Origin: a virus
Taxonomy: Duplodnaviria > Caudoviricetes
Direction: 5' to 3' (one strand)
Length of the DNA stretch: 63,213 nt
IMG/VR virus record: IMGVR_UViG_3300025108_000042
Location: 1 to 63,213 of that record
Part shown: positions 29,773-41,014 of the stretch, one piece after another
Position numbering within the stretch: position 1 is the first letter of the stretch
Layout of the letters: each line of letters opens with the position of its first letter
Program-made: the position numbers and the translations under genes
The notes under the pieces: generated by a model
Databases searched by the model: none
Told to the model about the DNA's origin: nothing
The model's input: only the letters and a program-made list of their open reading frames with translations

Positions 29773-30066
29773 TTACCACTTTACTTTGTTTGCCCAATAC
29801 GCAGCGCTTAAAACACCTTTAGCTATATTTTTGCGGTGACGAGCTTTGAATGATTTTCTTTTTGCTTTCATTTTAGCGGATTCACCAGACTTAGGTTTTC
29901 CAGCAGTAGATGCACCTTGTTCGCCAAAGCGAATGGTCTTAATCGTAGAGCCAGACTTAGCTACAACGATGTGAGATTTTTTAGGGTGGTTGGGAGTGCG
30001 TTTTGGTTTGTTATAACCAGACACCCCTGCTCTTTCTAAACGTGAGTCTTTTTTCTTCGCTTTCAT
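29773..30066 (-). CDS. Conserved basic phage protein
   Basis: KTIRFGEQG...RKSFKARH...SAAYWANKVKW. Confidence 0.75.
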   Translation of the reverse strand: MKAKKKDSRLERAGVSGYNKPKRTPNHPKKSHIVVAKSGSTIKTIRFGEQGASTAGKPKSGESAKMKAKRKSFKARHRKNIAKGVLSAAYWANKVKW

Positions 30067-30080
30067 AGATACAAAGGTAT

Positions 30081-30111
30081 AAAAAAAGGGGGTACGTTAA
30101 ACGTAACCCCC
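30081..30111 (-). terminator. Terminator
   Basis: GGGGGTTACG/CGTACCCCC stem plus T7. Confidence 0.75.
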
Positions 30112-30138
30112 TGATATACAGTTTAGTGCAATCGAGTC

Positions 30139-30378
30139 TTACTCCTCTGTAGTTTCTGTTATTTCTCCTGTCTCCAGGTTGACAGAAACAGAGCCGTATT
30201 TTTCTTCAAGAATCTTCTGCTCTTCAGTTACCTGAGCCTGAGCTGTTAATGCTTGAGAAAGAAGTTGTGCTTTCTGAATCTCTAGTTGACCTAGTTGTGC
30301 AGTGAAATTGTTTGCTGTGTTTACAGCTTTACGAACTTGTTCTAGTTCTTCTGTAGATAATTTTTTAGCCTTAGCCAT
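30139..30378 (-). CDS. Small coiled-coil protein (possible fibre chaperone)
   Basis: LEEKYGSVSVNLETGEI; has its own promoter. Confidence 0.7.
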   Translation of the reverse strand: MAKAKKLSTEELEQVRKAVNTANNFTAQLGQLEIQKAQLLSQALTAQAQVTEEQKILEEKYGSVSVNLETGEITETTEE

Positions 30379-30430
30379 AATAAATTGTTTAGTGAATTCA
30401 ACTATTACAAATATAGTACAAATCTGTTTA

Positions 30431-30553
30431 TTATGCCAAATTGTCTACGTAGGCTTGACACTCTTCTTGCGTCCCCCAGAATACAGGTATGTCATCTTCT
30501 AACACTTCCCATACACTTCCGTCATCTTGATATTTTTCTACTGAGTATTCCAT
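30431..30553 (-). CDS. 40-aa acidic protein
   Basis: MEYSVEKYQDDGSVWEVLEDDIPVFWGTQEECQAYVDNLA; TAATG coupling. Confidence 0.55.
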   Translation of the reverse strand: MEYSVEKYQDDGSVWEVLEDDIPVFWGTQEECQAYVDNLA

Positions 30554-31458
30554 TAGTGTGTTCCTATTGTTCCGCCCGTTATAGTTCCCGTGTATCTACT
30601 GTTTGAATCTGAAGCATCGCTATTTTCAAACGTCCATTCTGTAACCAAGTTAGTACTTGATGTTTGCGAGCTGTCCGCTATAACGCCTGAGTTGTATATG
30701 CTAGTAATAGCAGAACCACTTATGATTCTATCGTATACTTTTATTTCATCAAAGTCCATGAAGGCATTACCGCCAGAATTGGTAGAGTGTATGTTTTCAC
30801 CAATCTTGTATTTAGTAGCTGCTATAGAGCCTCTTGATCCGTTTGAAGACGATGCGGATGATGTACATTCAGATCCATTCCAATACAACTTAAACGCGGA
30901 CTCAGCAGCAGACTGTGAAGCGTCATACGTTATTGTTAGATTAATCCAACCCGCAGCATTAGCATTACCTCTATTTGTTTTAGACCAAGCATTTGAGTTA
31001 CTAAATCCTGTTTGAGTACTATTGTCGTGCAGAGCAAACTGTCTATCAAAGTTAGATGAGTTAGTTCTTACCCTAGTAATAATTCTATTTACGTTAGCAG
31101 TATAACTAATAAACAAGCGGTTATTTCCGTTTGCTGTAGTGTTGCTAAAGTTAATCATCATATGATTTTGGTCAGAAGTATTTTGTGGTCTTACCCACAT
31201 GCTTATGGTAAGGTCTTGAGTAGAGTTAATAGTAAAGGGAGCTGAACCTGTAGTACCGCTTATGTAATCTCCTGTACCATCGTTCTCATAGAACTTGACG
31301 TTAGAGTAGTTAGCGTATCCGTAAAACTCACTCATAGCATCGGGTATTGACTTACCAGCAGTACTAGACATAGCCCTTAGCGAAACATCCGTAGATGCTG
31401 CGCCAAGTTCTGTTTTTATGTCGTTAAGTGATATCTGTCCGCTACTTTGTAGTGCCAT
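30553..31458 (-). CDS. Fibre-tip protein with LamG/ConA-like lectin domain
   Basis: MALQSSGQISL N-terminus; TISMWVRP, W.NLTITYD, KLYWNG, FDEIKVYDR. Confidence 0.8.
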   Translation of the reverse strand: MALQSSGQISLNDIKTELGAASTDVSLRAMSSTAGKSIPDAMSEFYGYANYSNVKFYENDGTGDYISGTTGSAPFTINSTQDLTISMWVRPQNTSDQNHMMINFSNTTANGNNRLFISYTANVNRIITRVRTNSSNFDRQFALHDNSTQTGFSNSNAWSKTNRGNANAAGWINLTITYDASQSAAESAFKLYWNGSECTSSASSSNGSRGSIAATKYKIGENIHSTNSGGNAFMDFDEIKVYDRIISGSAITSIYNSGVIADSSQTSSTNLVTEWTFENSDASDSNSRYTGTITGGTIGTH

Positions 31459-34400
31459 CTAGTTTTGCTTCTAAAGTTTCAACTCTTGCTAAAAGCTCCT
31501 TGTTGCTTTCTATCAATAGAGCAACTAGCTTTTCGTAATCAACAGTCTTGTAAGTTTCGTCACCAACAAATGGAAGTTTCTTTTCGTGTACCACCTCTGG
31601 TACAACCGCTTCTACTTCCTGTGCAATTACACCTATCTCACGCTGTCCCTTACGGCTTCCTTCGTTCCAAGTGTACTCTACACCTCTAAGCTTAGAAACC
31701 TTCTCAGAAGCGTTCTCTATAGTCTGTACATCGTCTTTAAGGCGTTGGTCAGAAACAGTAGTAGAGAATGCAATAACATCACCATCAACGTGTAGATCAC
31801 CATCATCTTCCAAACGCATTTCTTCAGCGCCTGCTGTGTACCAGCGAATACCCACCGAAGCATCGTATAACGTGTAGTCGTGAGTGTTACCCGTATGGAT
31901 ATCTTGAGTAGTGCTATTACGTCTACGGTCATTTTCCAAACGGAACGCTGTGCCTGACAGAGTCATACCATAGTTACCGTCAGCACTATAGGTAGTGTTA
32001 GCCGTACTTACCACAAACGGGTCTGTTGATGTTCCTGTACCCTGAATGCTAGCGTTTGAGAACTTGACATGCTCCCCAGAATCAACTCTGTTTACAGTGT
32101 CATTCTCATCCATTAAGTCCCAGCTTCCGTAGTTTGCTGCAACAGCTAAATCAATAGTACCGTCTCCATCTTGATATGTAGCAGTAATGTTTGATTCACT
32201 GTTACCACTAAACATTGCACCTACAATATCTTGCACCTGCTCGTTAGAAAGCTGAGTGTTTGTATTTGTAGTGTAGCTTGGGGTAGCCCATACAGCTGTA
32301 CCGCTAGAAGAATACTTTAAGAACTGACCAGCAGCACCCCCAGAAGGTATGTGTTTATTACCTGCTGTTACAGGGTGAGTATAAACTGTATCTGTATCCG
32401 TAGCTGAGATAGTACCATTGGCATTAATCTGCACATTCGTACCAGCCGTTAGAGCTGCTACTACGTTAGCGGTATCCGTTACGTCAGCATTGTCTTCTAC
32501 ACCCGAAGCCGTAGAGTAAGAAGTGCTATTGAACGCATTAGAACCAAACGTGTATGTTTGATTAGTTGCCCCGCTTATTGCAAACGTAAGAGTGTTACCA
32601 GATTTAGTAATACCGTTTAAGTAGTAATTGGTATTGGCATCTGTCCATGGGACATTGACATACATTTTTTCACTTGATACCTCTACTGGATAGTTTTTGC
32701 CATTCTCAGAATATCCTATCTTAAACCCTCCTCTTACTGAAGAAGACCCAGCAGGTAACGAGTAGTTATTCGCATTGTCTTCTACACCTGAAGCGGTTGA
32801 ATATCCAGCACCGTTTGTCAACTGATTGTTGTTAGTTGGAATCGTGGGCTTATTTTTAATAAACGCATCTCCACTTGTAGCATTCCAATCAGACTGAACA
32901 TTAACTTCTGCACCAGAAGCAATACCATCAAGCTTAGTCTTAAGTGTACTTGTAAAGTTCTTTTGAGTAAGACCGCCATCACCTACAGTGTAAGTAGTGT
33001 TTGTGTCTGTAGCTGAAATAACACCACCTGAACTAATACTTACGTTAGTACCAGCGGTAAGGTTGCCACTGTGGTATATTTTGTGCTTTGTTACTTGAGT
33101 AAGACCCGTAGGCTCTGTAGTTGTAACTGAATCAAAATTATAAGTAACAGTACCAAATTGCGATAATATAGTAAACTGGTTATTTTGATTGTAGTCAGAC
33201 ATTAACGCCCAAATCTCGTAGTCGTTATTAGCCGCTTGACGATAATAAAATTCATAATCGTCACTTACTCCTGAATCTGATAGCTGATAAACGTCAAAAC
33301 TTATTGCCGTTCTAGTTCCTATCTGAATCTCATATGAAGCTTTATCAGCATCACCGTAATCACCAGCAGCCGATAATATACCTGTCACGCCATCATCATA
33401 GTCATCTAAAGTAAACAGCTTTATATATCTTCTACCACCACTGCCTGCACCGGGATTAAAAGTGTATTTACGTGCAAACCCACTGCTGTCAATACCGTCA
33501 AGTAAATTAGAATCCGCTGCTTTAGATGTAGCACCTAAATAAGAAGTACTACTAAATGCGTTAGAACCAAGTGTACGTTTCTCTACTTCAGTTCCGTTTA
33601 AAACTAAAGCTGTTGTTGAACTAGTGTTTGTGTCTGTTCCGTTTAGGTAAATTTTATCAGCATAAACACCACTCCAGTATCTACCAGAGCTACCTAGATT
33701 GTAAGAACTGTCAACCGCAGGGGTAAAATTACCCCAAGCAAAGTTGTTTTTAAATCTTTCAAAAAAGCTTATGCCCCTTGTATAGTCTGTTCCTAGGTTA
33801 GCAAGGTTGTTGTCACCTGCTCTGTAATTAGCAGCATACAACGTGTGTATTCTAAAATAGCTGTTGTTTACAGAACCACCCAAAGTATATCGCACCTTAG
33901 TAGTTGCAGAGTTAGTTCCGCTATTACTTCCTATTTGCCTTAATACAACGTTCTTTGTATTATCGGTTAAATCACATAGTGTCTGCCAAGCGCCACCACG
34001 GTAAGCTTCAATTTTAACTTTTGTGGCTGTAAAACTACCAGAGCCAAATACAATACCAACCCATGCACTATACAGTAGCTCATTAGTCCATTCTAATGTA
34101 ATAACACCAGGTGTATCTGAACCTTCTTGATAAATACCATCAGCGCCATTGTCACTATACCAACTACCCGCTGTACTTGAATATGCATCAAAAGCAGCTC
34201 CATTGCTAAAATCGCTTGTAGCAACAGAATTAGAGTAACTGTAGCTACCAGAAGAACCGCTTCTTGTTTTGTATAAACCAGAAACAGAAATTGTACCCCA
34301 ATGATTAAATCCAGCAAAGTCATTTATAACATGCGGCAGGTGAACCATGTTGGCTTCAGCGGCAGGGTTTAAGAAACCGCCTCTAACAACAGTACCGTTT

Positions 34401-37400
34401 TGAGTGGTAGCAATGTTACCATAGTTTACATTTGTGGAAACACTGGTATTTAAATCTCCTGCTACATATAATTTGTTTTGGACTGTAACTTGTGTGCTGT
34501 TTACTTCAAGTCTTTCTGAGCCTCCTGTTACGACACGCCATTGGTCATTAGCATGAAATCCAAAATAGGTATTAGTATCTGAAGTGTGAACTATGTTGGC
34601 GGGTATTTGTAAATCCCCTGCGAAAGTAGCTCCTCCACTAAATGCCATACTAGTATTAGAAGCGGTCATTCTATAACTAAAGTCCGATGTCTCTGTATCA
34701 GAGTCATGCCAGTCCATATACTTACCGACTTCCATTACACCATCAGTAAGAACTTTTACAACTCCGTTATTCCACCAATCACCACTTACTGGTGAAGGTA
34801 TTCTCGCTGAATCAAAAACTCCACTTGTAATATCTCCAGCAGCGTGTGTATGCGATGCTGCTGCAAAGTCTGTTGAAGCAGATAAAGCTGCGCTACCTAA
34901 TCCAAGATTAGAACGAGCAGCAGAAGCACTAGAAGCACCCGTACCACCATTAACGATAGCTAAGTCTGTACCAGACCAGTTACCATTATTGATGGATGTA
35001 AGGTATGTGTTGTTAGTATCAAACTTAACTGTTCCTCCAGCAGCAATTCTTATGCGATTGTCTTCAAATCTTACATATGTATCGCTGTCTCCTACGTGAG
35101 AAATGTATTCAATAACCTCAAGACCGTCATCTATTCTGACAATACCACTACCAGAGCGAAGTTGAAGCTGATAGCTAGAAGAGGTTTGAATTAAACCATT
35201 TGTATGCAACTTTAAAGCATCTGGGTCATTAGTACCGTGAATACTTACATAATCATCTGTATTGTTATCATCAGAAGGTACAAGGTGTAATACACCTTCA
35301 TTAGTTTCGTTTGGACTTAGACTTTCAGATGTTTCGTGCATTATAAAACCAGGGTCACTACTGAGCGTGCCTGCTTGAAAATATATATACGATTTATCTG
35401 TTGAAGTATCTGAAAATGTATCTGCTAAACTTGCTGTGCCATTCTCAGTATATATGTCTATCCTAGGGTTGTTACCTGTCTCTCCAATGTATAGGTGGTC
35501 AAAATGACCCTCTGCAAATTTATTAGTGTTAGATCCTATATCATATGTTGAGTCTGCGGACGGAAGTATGTCTCCACTGTTAATCGTGGTAGTTGTACTC
35601 GCGCCTCTACCTACAACTGAAGAAAGTGTATCTGTTTCAGTGTATGATGTTAAGTACCCTGCGCTAGCATGATTGCCCCATCCGTAAGCTGTGTTCCAGT
35701 TAGTAGAGTTATTAGCAAAATTATTTGCTGTCCATACTTGCGCCCAATTCTGCCAGCCAGTTCCTTGAGGTGATGCACTGTTCTGATTGTATTGACGAAT
35801 CCATAAGCCAGACGCATTGTAGTCAGAAGCAGTTCCAAGTTGAAGTGTGTTTGGAACACCATTAACCCCTAAAGAATAAATTGCTGAATAATTCTGATTA
35901 CGATTTGATGAATTATTTCCAGTGCTTATAGCACCAAAACTAGTGCGAGCAATTGTGTCTACGTCAGTACCAGTATTATACTTAACAAAAGGAAGCTTGG
36001 TAGCTATACTGTTTGTTACAGTGGTAGAGAAGTTAGCATCGTCTCCTAACGCAGCAGCAAGCTCGTTAAGCGTGTTTAATGCTGAAGGTGATGAATCTAC
36101 AAGGTTAGAAATTTGAGTCCCTACATACGTCTGTGTGGCGTAACTGCTTAGGTCTTGGTCACCTGTGTTAGTACCAGACGATGAGCCTGAGAAGTTGTCT
36201 GCTGTAAGGTCACCTACAATATCTACATCCCCATCTGGGTCTAAAGTCATTATTGTTTGTGTGGTTGATGCCGATGCATCGTACCATTGAAATAACCCAT
36301 TGTTTCCACCAGCTCTTACTCTAAATCTATCAGATGTGTCTGTGAAACTATTAGTATCTACAAAGTCAACGTATGGGAATGTACTTGAAATAGTTATCCC
36401 AGCGGTCAATGTGCCACCAGCTAGCGGTAAGTAGCTAGCTAAAGCAGTGCTTATTGCAGAGTCTGAAGCATAGTTCTGTTCGCCAACCCAAGTCTGTGTA
36501 GCAAACGTATCCGTTGATATAGAGAGATTACCGCTTGAGTCAGACTGCACAAGACCAGCGCCAAGGTTGTGTATCTGAACAACACCGCCTCCTTTAAACC
36601 TAACAGCTTCAGCAGAAACAACTCCACTAGCCTTAGTTTTAAAAATTATATCTCTTCTTGTGGTGGCAGTTGCGCCTTCATCTGTGCTTAAAAGTATATC
36701 TCCTGCCCAGCTTTTAATTCTTCCATTACCGCCAGATGAGTCAAGTCTAAAAGTGTAGTTTACGTCTTGCCCACCTACTTGAACTTGAGTTCCATTAAAA
36801 GAAAGAGCAGCGCCATCAGAGCCTCCTACATTAACAGCAAAATCCGCTTTGCCTGAGTTATTATTAGCACTGCCTAATAAAACAGCACCGCCATGAGGCT
36901 GTAGCTGTAAGTTGTATTTAGTATTAGCTGTTTGTCTTCTTACCTGTAATAAAGCATCTCCGTCTGGTTTTACAGCTCCGTACAGCCCGTAAGCAGGGTC
37001 GCTGTTCATCATTACAAAAGCAGCATCCGTAACTGCTGTATTGTTTAAAATTTCAGTGTTGCCTCTTTGTACAGCAGTTAGTACAGCCCCTTTAGATGTA
37101 GACGAAGAGTTCCCTACAATTAATGTACCTCCATAAGGCTGTATGTTTATTGTACCATTATTACCATTATTGTATGTTTGAAACTGAGCATGCCCAGCGC
37201 CAAATCTTCTAATATAAAGCAAGTCGTCATTAGAAGCTCCCATACTTATTAGGTTTCCTCCAACTGTTAGCATAGCATTCCCCCCAGTAGAATACTGAGT
37301 ATCTGTACCAATACGAACATTAGTACCAGTTACAAAAGCATCATCGGTCTTTAGTATGTTAGCTGCACTGCGATATAGGTTAGTGTCAGCAGAAGTACCG

Positions 37401-38026
37401 AAGTAAATCTTACCGCTACCATCAAACAAGAGCCGTTGTCTGTTACCCCAAGAGGTATCGTTGTTAGGAAAAGCCAATATTTGCAATCCACCTTCAGCTC
37501 CTATGGTAACTAACTCATTAGCAACTCCAGCATTAGCTTTAAGAGTAGCACTCGTATCTCCACCAGCTATGATTACACCATCATCATGCCCTAGTATCAG
37601 ACCGCCATTAGCTGTTGTACGCTCAAGAATAGTCTGTCCATCAAACTTTAAGACTACACCAGTGTCTGGAATAAAGTCAATAAATCCACCAACACCAATA
37701 GTCATGGTAGATGTTAACGCCATGTTGTTCTCAATCTGTGGGTTATACAGATTTAAAACTGTAGAGTTAGAGCCTATAGTAAGAGTAGCACTTCCACCAT
37801 TCTCTCCTTTGATAGAACCGCTTTGCTCAAAGATTATATTTACGTTGTTTACACCGTCACCGATATATACGTCTGAATCCACATCACCAAACAGCACATC
37901 ACCTACGGCATTGCTAATAACTAAGTCATCGCCTGATGTTTCAATCTTACCAGTGTTTGTACCAGCAGAGTTTTTGAATTGAATGTGTTGCGGAGTGCTT
38001 AAAGCACTTACGAGTTTAATAGCCAT
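31442..38026 (-). CDS. Long tail fibre with C-terminal peptidase S74 intramolecular chaperone
   Basis: LNTLNELAAALGDDANF; SDQRLKDDV...LRGVEYTW...GVIAQEVE..VPEVV...VDYEKL. Confidence 0.9.
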   Translation of the reverse strand: MAIKLVSALSTPQHIQFKNSAGTNTGKIETSGDDLVISNAVGDVLFGDVDSDVYIGDGVNNVNIIFEQSGSIKGENGGSATLTIGSNSTVLNLYNPQIENNMALTSTMTIGVGGFIDFIPDTGVVLKFDGQTILERTTANGGLILGHDDGVIIAGGDTSATLKANAGVANELVTIGAEGGLQILAFPNNDTSWGNRQRLLFDGSGKIYFGTSADTNLYRSAANILKTDDAFVTGTNVRIGTDTQYSTGGNAMLTVGGNLISMGASNDDLLYIRRFGAGHAQFQTYNNGNNGTINIQPYGGTLIVGNSSSTSKGAVLTAVQRGNTEILNNTAVTDAAFVMMNSDPAYGLYGAVKPDGDALLQVRRQTANTKYNLQLQPHGGAVLLGSANNNSGKADFAVNVGGSDGAALSFNGTQVQVGGQDVNYTFRLDSSGGNGRIKSWAGDILLSTDEGATATTRRDIIFKTKASGVVSAEAVRFKGGGVVQIHNLGAGLVQSDSSGNLSISTDTFATQTWVGEQNYASDSAISTALASYLPLAGGTLTAGITISSTFPYVDFVDTNSFTDTSDRFRVRAGGNNGLFQWYDASASTTQTIMTLDPDGDVDIVGDLTADNFSGSSSGTNTGDQDLSSYATQTYVGTQISNLVDSSPSALNTLNELAAALGDDANFSTTVTNSIATKLPFVKYNTGTDVDTIARTSFGAISTGNNSSNRNQNYSAIYSLGVNGVPNTLQLGTASDYNASGLWIRQYNQNSASPQGTGWQNWAQVWTANNFANNSTNWNTAYGWGNHASAGYLTSYTETDTLSSVVGRGASTTTTINSGDILPSADSTYDIGSNTNKFAEGHFDHLYIGETGNNPRIDIYTENGTASLADTFSDTSTDKSYIYFQAGTLSSDPGFIMHETSESLSPNETNEGVLHLVPSDDNNTDDYVSIHGTNDPDALKLHTNGLIQTSSSYQLQLRSGSGIVRIDDGLEVIEYISHVGDSDTYVRFEDNRIRIAAGGTVKFDTNNTYLTSINNGNWSGTDLAIVNGGTGASSASAARSNLGLGSAALSASTDFAAASHTHAAGDITSGVFDSARIPSPVSGDWWNNGVVKVLTDGVMEVGKYMDWHDSDTETSDFSYRMTASNTSMAFSGGATFAGDLQIPANIVHTSDTNTYFGFHANDQWRVVTGGSERLEVNSTQVTVQNKLYVAGDLNTSVSTNVNYGNIATTQNGTVVRGGFLNPAAEANMVHLPHVINDFAGFNHWGTISVSGLYKTRSGSSGSYSYSNSVATSDFSNGAAFDAYSSTAGSWYSDNGADGIYQEGSDTPGVITLEWTNELLYSAWVGIVFGSGSFTATKVKIEAYRGGAWQTLCDLTDNTKNVVLRQIGSNSGTNSATTKVRYTLGGSVNNSYFRIHTLYAANYRAGDNNLANLGTDYTRGISFFERFKNNFAWGNFTPAVDSSYNLGSSGRYWSGVYADKIYLNGTDTNTSSTTALVLNGTEVEKRTLGSNAFSSTSYLGATSKAADSNLLDGIDSSGFARKYTFNPGAGSGGRRYIKLFTLDDYDDGVTGILSAAGDYGDADKASYEIQIGTRTAISFDVYQLSDSGVSDDYEFYYRQAANNDYEIWALMSDYNQNNQFTILSQFGTVTYNFDSVTTTEPTGLTQVTKHKIYHSGNLTAGTNVSISSGGVISATDTNTTYTVGDGGLTQKNFTSTLKTKLDGIASGAEVNVQSDWNATSGDAFIKNKPTIPTNNNQLTNGAGYSTASGVEDNANNYSLPAGSSSVRGGFKIGYSENGKNYPVEVSSEKMYVNVPWTDANTNYYLNGITKSGNTLTFAISGATNQTYTFGSNAFNSTSYSTASGVEDNADVTDTANVVAALTAGTNVQINANGTISATDTDTVYTHPVTAGNKHIPSGGAAGQFLKYSSSGTAVWATPSYTTNTNTQLSNEQVQDIVGAMFSGNSESNITATYQDGDGTIDLAVAANYGSWDLMDENDTVNRVDSGEHVKFSNASIQGTGTSTDPFVVSTANTTYSADGNYGMTLSGTAFRLENDRRRNSTTQDIHTGNTHDYTLYDASVGIRWYTAGAEEMRLEDDGDLHVDGDVIAFSTTVSDQRLKDDVQTIENASEKVSKLRGVEYTWNEGSRKGQREIGVIAQEVEAVVPEVVHEKKLPFVGDETYKTVDYEKLVALLIESNKELLARVETLEAKLDGTTK

Positions 38027-38029
38027 AAT

Positions 38030-40744
38030 TTATAATCTTGTTCCTCCGATTCGTTTTTTACCTGTGTTAAAAGATGCTCTTACACTTTTCCTAGCCGTTC
38101 CTTTTGAATGGTAACTCTGGGGTGAAGCTACAGAAAAAGCTACTTTAAAGTCTTTCATTTTAGCTCCCTCTTCTCTACCATCGTTGTCTTCCATAAAGTA
38201 ACCATAGCTTAACCAATATGATTCTTTTTGCGGTGCGACAGTAACCTCTTTTGACTCCCAATTTCCTATGGAAGCGCTTGTATGCGGAGCATACTCAATC
38301 CACCCTTGTTGCAGTTTCCCTTGACCCTCCGTGCTGTTTAAACCGTAGTTATTAAGCTGACTTGTATTCCAGTTATGTCCTTCACTACCAGAGCCAAATT
38401 CCCCATTAGCATATCTACCGTTTCTCCAGATATTGCCATTTAAAGGTCTTGCAATTAGTATTGGATAATCATTAGAACTTAATGAAGCGGTGTTTCCTAT
38501 ATATGTTTTTGGATTTACATACCAGTTACTCTGTATTTTCACTGTAGTGTTAGCAGGCACAAAAACTTTTTCTTGGTAACCTTTATAATTGTTTTCATTA
38601 ATTAAAACATCCCAGTCGGAAGTGCCTTTGCGTTTTATTCTAGTCCATCTATAATGGTTTTCAACGTATTCATCGGATTTAAATCCATGCTCGTTCCACC
38701 GTATTATACCATTGCCCCCTCCGTTTCTCCATGCATCATAATTAGAATTTCCATCATGATACACATTATAGGCATATATTTTCCCAAGTACCCCATTGTA
38801 GTAAGCACTAGTACCGTCCCATTGATTAGGCATAAACCTAGAGTTGTGTATATAACAATCCGAAATAGAATCTGTTATATATATGTATCTGTACTTATCT
38901 GCATACCATTTATCAAAATGACAATTCTGAAGATTGTTTCCAAAATAGAAAGCATAACTCTGTTGGTGTCTAACATCTATATGCCTAGCAGAATTCACAT
39001 TGTTTTGACGAGTATGGTAAATCATAAAACCATAATCTTCAGCCATTCTATTATAAAAATATTCTGCATGGCTATGCTCTCCATATATAGCCTCTATCTG
39101 AGTATTACAGTAATTACCCGTAAAGTTTTGCATACCGTACTGCTTTGTAAAGTATCCTGAAGACCATCTCCAGTATCCTCTACCAGTTCCAGCGGTAACA
39201 CAGTTTCTACTTACGTGACCATAAGGGTGACGAACACATATAGAAGGATAACTATCTCCATCTCTTGTAGGGTTAGAGCAAAGATTATAAGCCGTATTAC
39301 TACAGCCGTCTATATAATTCTCTCCTGTTTGACTAACACCACTAGAAGTGTGAATTGTAGTTTGGTCAGCCCCACTACCATTTAAATCTGTACGATATCT
39401 ACCGTTATACCCACCGATAGTTACACCTGCTCTAAAATTAGTACTGTCGTTAGTGTTGTAGCCTAAGCCTTTAAATTGAACGTATTTAATTTTAACACGT
39501 CTTGTGGAAGCATCATCATGACCATTGTTAGTCCAATATCTTACATTAAAAAATACACGAGCGGAATCTTGGTCTCCATCAGGAACATCAGTACCGTCAG
39601 TCTTACACGCTTTAATAAGAATATCTCTTGTTACTCTAGTTACTACACAGCCAACATCAGAATAGTATTGTATATTTCTATCTAGCGTTAGGGCATTACC
39701 ACTTTTAGCGGATATTGTGTATAGCACATTATGTCTCCAAACATTGTTTTCACTTCCGCTTGAGTAGTTGTATGTTCCGTTATCTGTTGATGCTTCCAGT
39801 ATGATTTCATCCCCTACAGATAAATCTGAAGCGTTGCCTACCACAATTTGATTAGTACTGTCTAAAGCTGTAATTGCAGTTGTTATAGAGGTTGATAGTC
39901 TTCTTACGATTCTATTGTCTGGGTGGTACTTCTCTGTAGCAGATTGATAGGCTGTTAAACCATCTACAGTGCCTGTAACAGCACTACTAAACGTTATTAC
40001 ATTTCCTTCAATATTTGTAATCTCTTTTAGGTTTCTATTAGAACCTGTACCAAATACTATCTTGTACCCTATCCTAAATACAGCTGCATCATCTACTGTT
40101 ATGGTAGAGCCAGACTTAGATTGAACCACAGCTTGCGGAGATACAAATTGTCTTATATATAGTCTATTGTTACCGCTATCTACATCATGAATCCAAAAGC
40201 ATTCATCAGGATTCATACGGTAATCCACTTCTCTTTCGTACAGGCTTATCATATCACCTGCTGCAAAATTTGAAACACTATCTAAGGTCAGATAATCAGA
40301 AAAGGCTTCGTGAATACCGTTTAGATTATTGTAATGTGTAGGCTCACTACCTGATAATTCAACGCCACACCATCTTCTTGAATTCACTTGAATACCGTGT
40401 TGGTCTGAGTTATTCCCAGATATTTTTACTTCTGAGCCTCCAACCATAGATAGCAGAGAACCCGAGGTACTTGTTCCTTGCACAAACTCACCAGCATTAG
40501 TACTATTATTGCTTGTGTTGTTTACAGTCATTCTACCGTGTAGGTGCATCTTGCCACCATTAGCAAAATGCAGGTTACCGTCAATAGTTACATCGCCTGT
40601 TCGTGTAGACTGTATGTTGGTAGTAACGTTTACTTTATGACCGTGTGCAATAACTACTAAGTCATCAGCAGCGGGTATACTACCGCCTACCCAAGTACTA
40701 GTTACATTCCAGTTACCTGACTGATTACTCGTTATTGTAGCCAT
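38030..40744 (-). CDS. Tail spike-like protein (G8-like N-terminus, beta-rich)
   Basis: SGNWN..STW.GG.IP...D.VVI..GH.V. Confidence 0.6.
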   Translation of the reverse strand: MATITSNQSGNWNVTSTWVGGSIPAADDLVVIAHGHKVNVTTNIQSTRTGDVTIDGNLHFANGGKMHLHGRMTVNNTSNNSTNAGEFVQGTSTSGSLLSMVGGSEVKISGNNSDQHGIQVNSRRWCGVELSGSEPTHYNNLNGIHEAFSDYLTLDSVSNFAAGDMISLYEREVDYRMNPDECFWIHDVDSGNNRLYIRQFVSPQAVVQSKSGSTITVDDAAVFRIGYKIVFGTGSNRNLKEITNIEGNVITFSSAVTGTVDGLTAYQSATEKYHPDNRIVRRLSTSITTAITALDSTNQIVVGNASDLSVGDEIILEASTDNGTYNYSSGSENNVWRHNVLYTISAKSGNALTLDRNIQYYSDVGCVVTRVTRDILIKACKTDGTDVPDGDQDSARVFFNVRYWTNNGHDDASTRRVKIKYVQFKGLGYNTNDSTNFRAGVTIGGYNGRYRTDLNGSGADQTTIHTSSGVSQTGENYIDGCSNTAYNLCSNPTRDGDSYPSICVRHPYGHVSRNCVTAGTGRGYWRWSSGYFTKQYGMQNFTGNYCNTQIEAIYGEHSHAEYFYNRMAEDYGFMIYHTRQNNVNSARHIDVRHQQSYAFYFGNNLQNCHFDKWYADKYRYIYITDSISDCYIHNSRFMPNQWDGTSAYYNGVLGKIYAYNVYHDGNSNYDAWRNGGGNGIIRWNEHGFKSDEYVENHYRWTRIKRKGTSDWDVLINENNYKGYQEKVFVPANTTVKIQSNWYVNPKTYIGNTASLSSNDYPILIARPLNGNIWRNGRYANGEFGSGSEGHNWNTSQLNNYGLNSTEGQGKLQQGWIEYAPHTSASIGNWESKEVTVAPQKESYWLSYGYFMEDNDGREEGAKMKDFKVAFSVASPQSYHSKGTARKSVRASFNTGKKRIGGTRL

Positions 40745-40925
40745 CTTCTAAAATTTCATCGTTGAATAATTCCTGATATGCAGACAAGTCTAAAGCTGTT
40801 TCAAAATGCAAAACATCGTCTGAGTCAACTAGTGATTCTTGATTTAGCTCTACAGCTACTTCAGATTCATCAGAAGAAAGAGTGATTTCCCCAGTAGTCT
40901 TGTTATAACTTACACTTAATATCAT
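40725..40925 (-). CDS. Small acidic protein
   Basis: ORF with a promoter at 40946. Confidence 0.65.
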   Translation of the reverse strand: MILSVSYNKTTGEITLSSDESEVAVELNQESLVDSDDVLHFETALDLSAYQELFNDEILEDGYNNE

Positions 40926-40955
40926 GTTGTATTTTTTGCTACTGACAAAGATAAC

Positions 40956-40989
40956 AAAAAAAGAGGGCTAAGATTAATTCCTAGCCCTC
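40956..40989 (-). terminator. Terminator
   Basis: GAGGGCTAG/TTAGCCCTC stem plus T7. Confidence 0.75.
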
Positions 40990-41014
40990 CTTGCTTATAC
41001 GTTACTGGTTTAGA

